A stretch of DNA of 27,542 nt from the IMG/VR virus record IMGVR_UViG_3300018489_000227, positions 1 to 27,542 of that record; one strand, given 5' to 3'. Under the pieces are notes generated by a model. That model saw only the letters and a program-made list of their open reading frames with translations, did not search any database and had not been told where the DNA came from. Position 1 is the first letter of the stretch. Each line of letters starts with the position of its first letter. Shown here piece after piece: positions 25,919 to 27,542 of the stretch. Origin of the DNA: a virus. Lineage: Duplodnaviria > Caudoviricetes. Both the position numbers and the translations under genes were made by a program.

Positions 25919-25953
25919 GGACAGCACTCCCGGCCAGCGTGAGGCTGGCGGTA

Positions 25954-27542
25954 TCAGAGGTAGTTGGAAGAAATCGCCATGCGCCGACGACGCGGGCTGG
26001 CAATCATTGGCGCAGTCACGGGTGTGGCGTTGCTGGCAGACTTGCGATTGACTGGCGCCGGCGGCAGCGCCTCGACCCGCTTGTTCAGGTTCAGACCCAT
26101 CGACAAGAGACCGTGCAATGCCGCATAGGCGTACACCCGGCAGTCCAGGGCTTCGTTGCGCCGACCATCCGGCTTCCACCAGAAGCGCTGCGGGAAGCCC
26201 TTCACGTAACGGGTGCGAATCCGTTCCGCCGTCAGCTGCTCGAAATACTGCGCATCACGATCCAGCGGAAAGTGCATCGCGCCAGGTCCAGATTCAGATT
26301 TCTTCAACCGGGCGTAGATAGCTTCCTTGGCCGCATCGACCCCAACCGTGAACAGATTGACCTTGCCCTTGTTGGCCTTGCTCGGACGCTTGGGCCAGAT
26401 CTGGCGTTTGCCCGAGCCCCCCTTGATGGCCCAGATGCGTTTCCTCTCCCGGCCTTTGCAGAAGGCATAGGCCGCGAGCGTGTGATGGCCACCGGTGTCG
26501 AGACACGCGGCTTCAATCGTCAGGCCATTGGCCATGGTCTCGTGCTCAAAACGGTTACCGAGGTAGGCATCCAGTTGCGACCAGGTATCCGGCGCGGATG
26601 GATCACCCCAGAGCACCTTGTAGTCGATGGACCAGGACTCCTCGTCCCGGCCCCATCCGACGACTTCCAGTTCCAGCCGGTCGTCCTGCACATCGATGCC
26701 GCAGGTGAGCAGTGCAACCTCGGCAGGGATGGCTGGTCCATAGGGCTCGCGGCGCTCCATCAATCCTTCAGCATCCAAGGTCTCGCCCTCCCGGTCTTCC
26801 CATGTTTCAGCAAGTTTGGTGTTCACCCAGACCTTGAGCCGCACCGGGTCGTCCTTGGCGGCATGGTGTTCCTGGGCAATCTCACCCCAGGTGAGCCATG
26901 GGCTGTACAGGCTCGACAGGTGGAAGCCCACTGTCTTGCCATCGCCCTCGGCCTTAGCCGTCCAGCGGCCATTGGCCAGCAGCGCAGGCTTGCGGTACTC
27001 GGGATGAATGCCGTCACAGGCTGGGCAGTGCCAGGCGGCCTCGCTAATCTTGCCGGCTGGCCACTTGATGTCGCGCCAGTGGATCTGGCTGAAATGCCCG
27101 CAGTGATCGCAGGGCACCTCGAACACCCGCTGATCCGACTCCAGATAAGCCGCCTCGATGCGCGAGTAACCTTTCAGCGTCGGGGTCGAGCACAGATACA
27201 CCTTGCGATTGACGAAGGTGGCGGCGCGCTGCACGGCGAGCGCCACCGGATCGCCTTCGCCGTCGGCATCGCCAGGGTAGCCGTCCACTTCATCAAGAAA
27301 CAGGTAGCGCACCGGCATCGATCGTAGGCCAACCGCCGAATTGGCGCCGGTCATGATCAGCACGCCTCCTGGGAATTCCTTCATCAACTGAGTATTGCCG
27401 GAATCACGCGACCTGGGGTCCTTCACCCGGCTGGCGAGTTCTGGACTGGCTTCGATCAGCGCATTGACACGTTGCTTGGAGACGCGCTTGGCGCCTTCAA
27501 CCGTGGGCTGAACCAGCAACATCGGGCCGGGGGCGTGGTGAA
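25954..27542 (-). CDS. Terminase large subunit (lambda gpA family), 5' end outside the window
   Basis: Frame stays open to the window edge (HHAPGPMLLVQPT); Walker B YLFLDEVDGY, STPT, CDHC..CPAC, GIDVQDDRLE, DTGG, RNEALDCRVYA. Confidence 0.96.
   Translation of the reverse strand, partial: HHAPGPMLLVQPTVEGAKRVSKQRVNALIEASPELASRVKDPRSRDSGNTQLMKEFPGGVLIMTGANSAVGLRSMPVRYLFLDEVDGYPGDADGEGDPVALAVQRAATFVNRKVYLCSTPTLKGYSRIEAAYLESDQRVFEVPCDHCGHFSQIHWRDIKWPAGKISEAAWHCPACDGIHPEYRKPALLANGRWTAKAEGDGKTVGFHLSSLYSPWLTWGEIAQEHHAAKDDPVRLKVWVNTKLAETWEDREGETLDAEGLMERREPYGPAIPAEVALLTCGIDVQDDRLELEVVGWGRDEESWSIDYKVLWGDPSAPDTWSQLDAYLGNRFEHETMANGLTIEAACLDTGGHHTLAAYAFCKGRERKRIWAIKGGSGKRQIWPKRPSKANKGKVNLFTVGVDAAKEAIYARLKKSESGPGAMHFPLDRDAQYFEQLTAERIRTRYVKGFPQRFWWKPDGRRNEALDCRVYAYAALHGLLSMGLNLNKRVEALPPAPVNRKSASNATPVTAPMIASPRRRRMAISSNYL

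Larger units (their letters stand above)
1..27542 (-). mobile_element. Prophage late region: lambda-like head, P2-like contractile tail, lysis cassette and TA cargo; extends past the right edge, left boundary not visible
   Basis: About 28 co-oriented, tightly packed minus-strand ORFs in terminase-portal-protease-capsid-baseplate-sheath-tube-tape measure-lysis order. No att site or integrase in the window. Confidence 0.97.

Noticed and set aside
25923-25950. Short hairpin GCCAGC/GCTGGC between terminase and gpW
   Set aside because: A 6-bp stem without a U tract in GC-rich DNA is not enough to call a terminator.

Overview
The window is the late (virion and lysis) region of a GC-rich prophage, probably proteobacterial, read on the minus strand. 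From right to left it has lambda-like head genes (terminase large subunit, gpW, portal, S49 protease with nested scaffold, decoration protein, gpE capsid, neck), then P2-like contractile-tail genes (V, W, J, I, an enlarged tail-tip/fibre module, sheath, tube, E/E' chaperones, tape measure, U, X, D), then a holin-GH108 endolysin-holin lysis cassette ending in a long terminator. Two toxin-antitoxin cargo modules are present: a Phd/RelE type II pair inserted antisense inside the tail operon, and an AbiE-like type IV pair after the lysis genes whose promoter is flanked by exact 20-bp direct repeats. There are signs of decay or assembly error: the portal is frameshifted, the tail-chaperone slippery site seems one T short, one small gene seems internally deleted, and many residues look like G:C->T:A departures from family consensus. 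All family assignments come from motif recognition and synteny, not database searches. No CRISPR array, RNA gene, reverse transcriptase or recombinase was seen.
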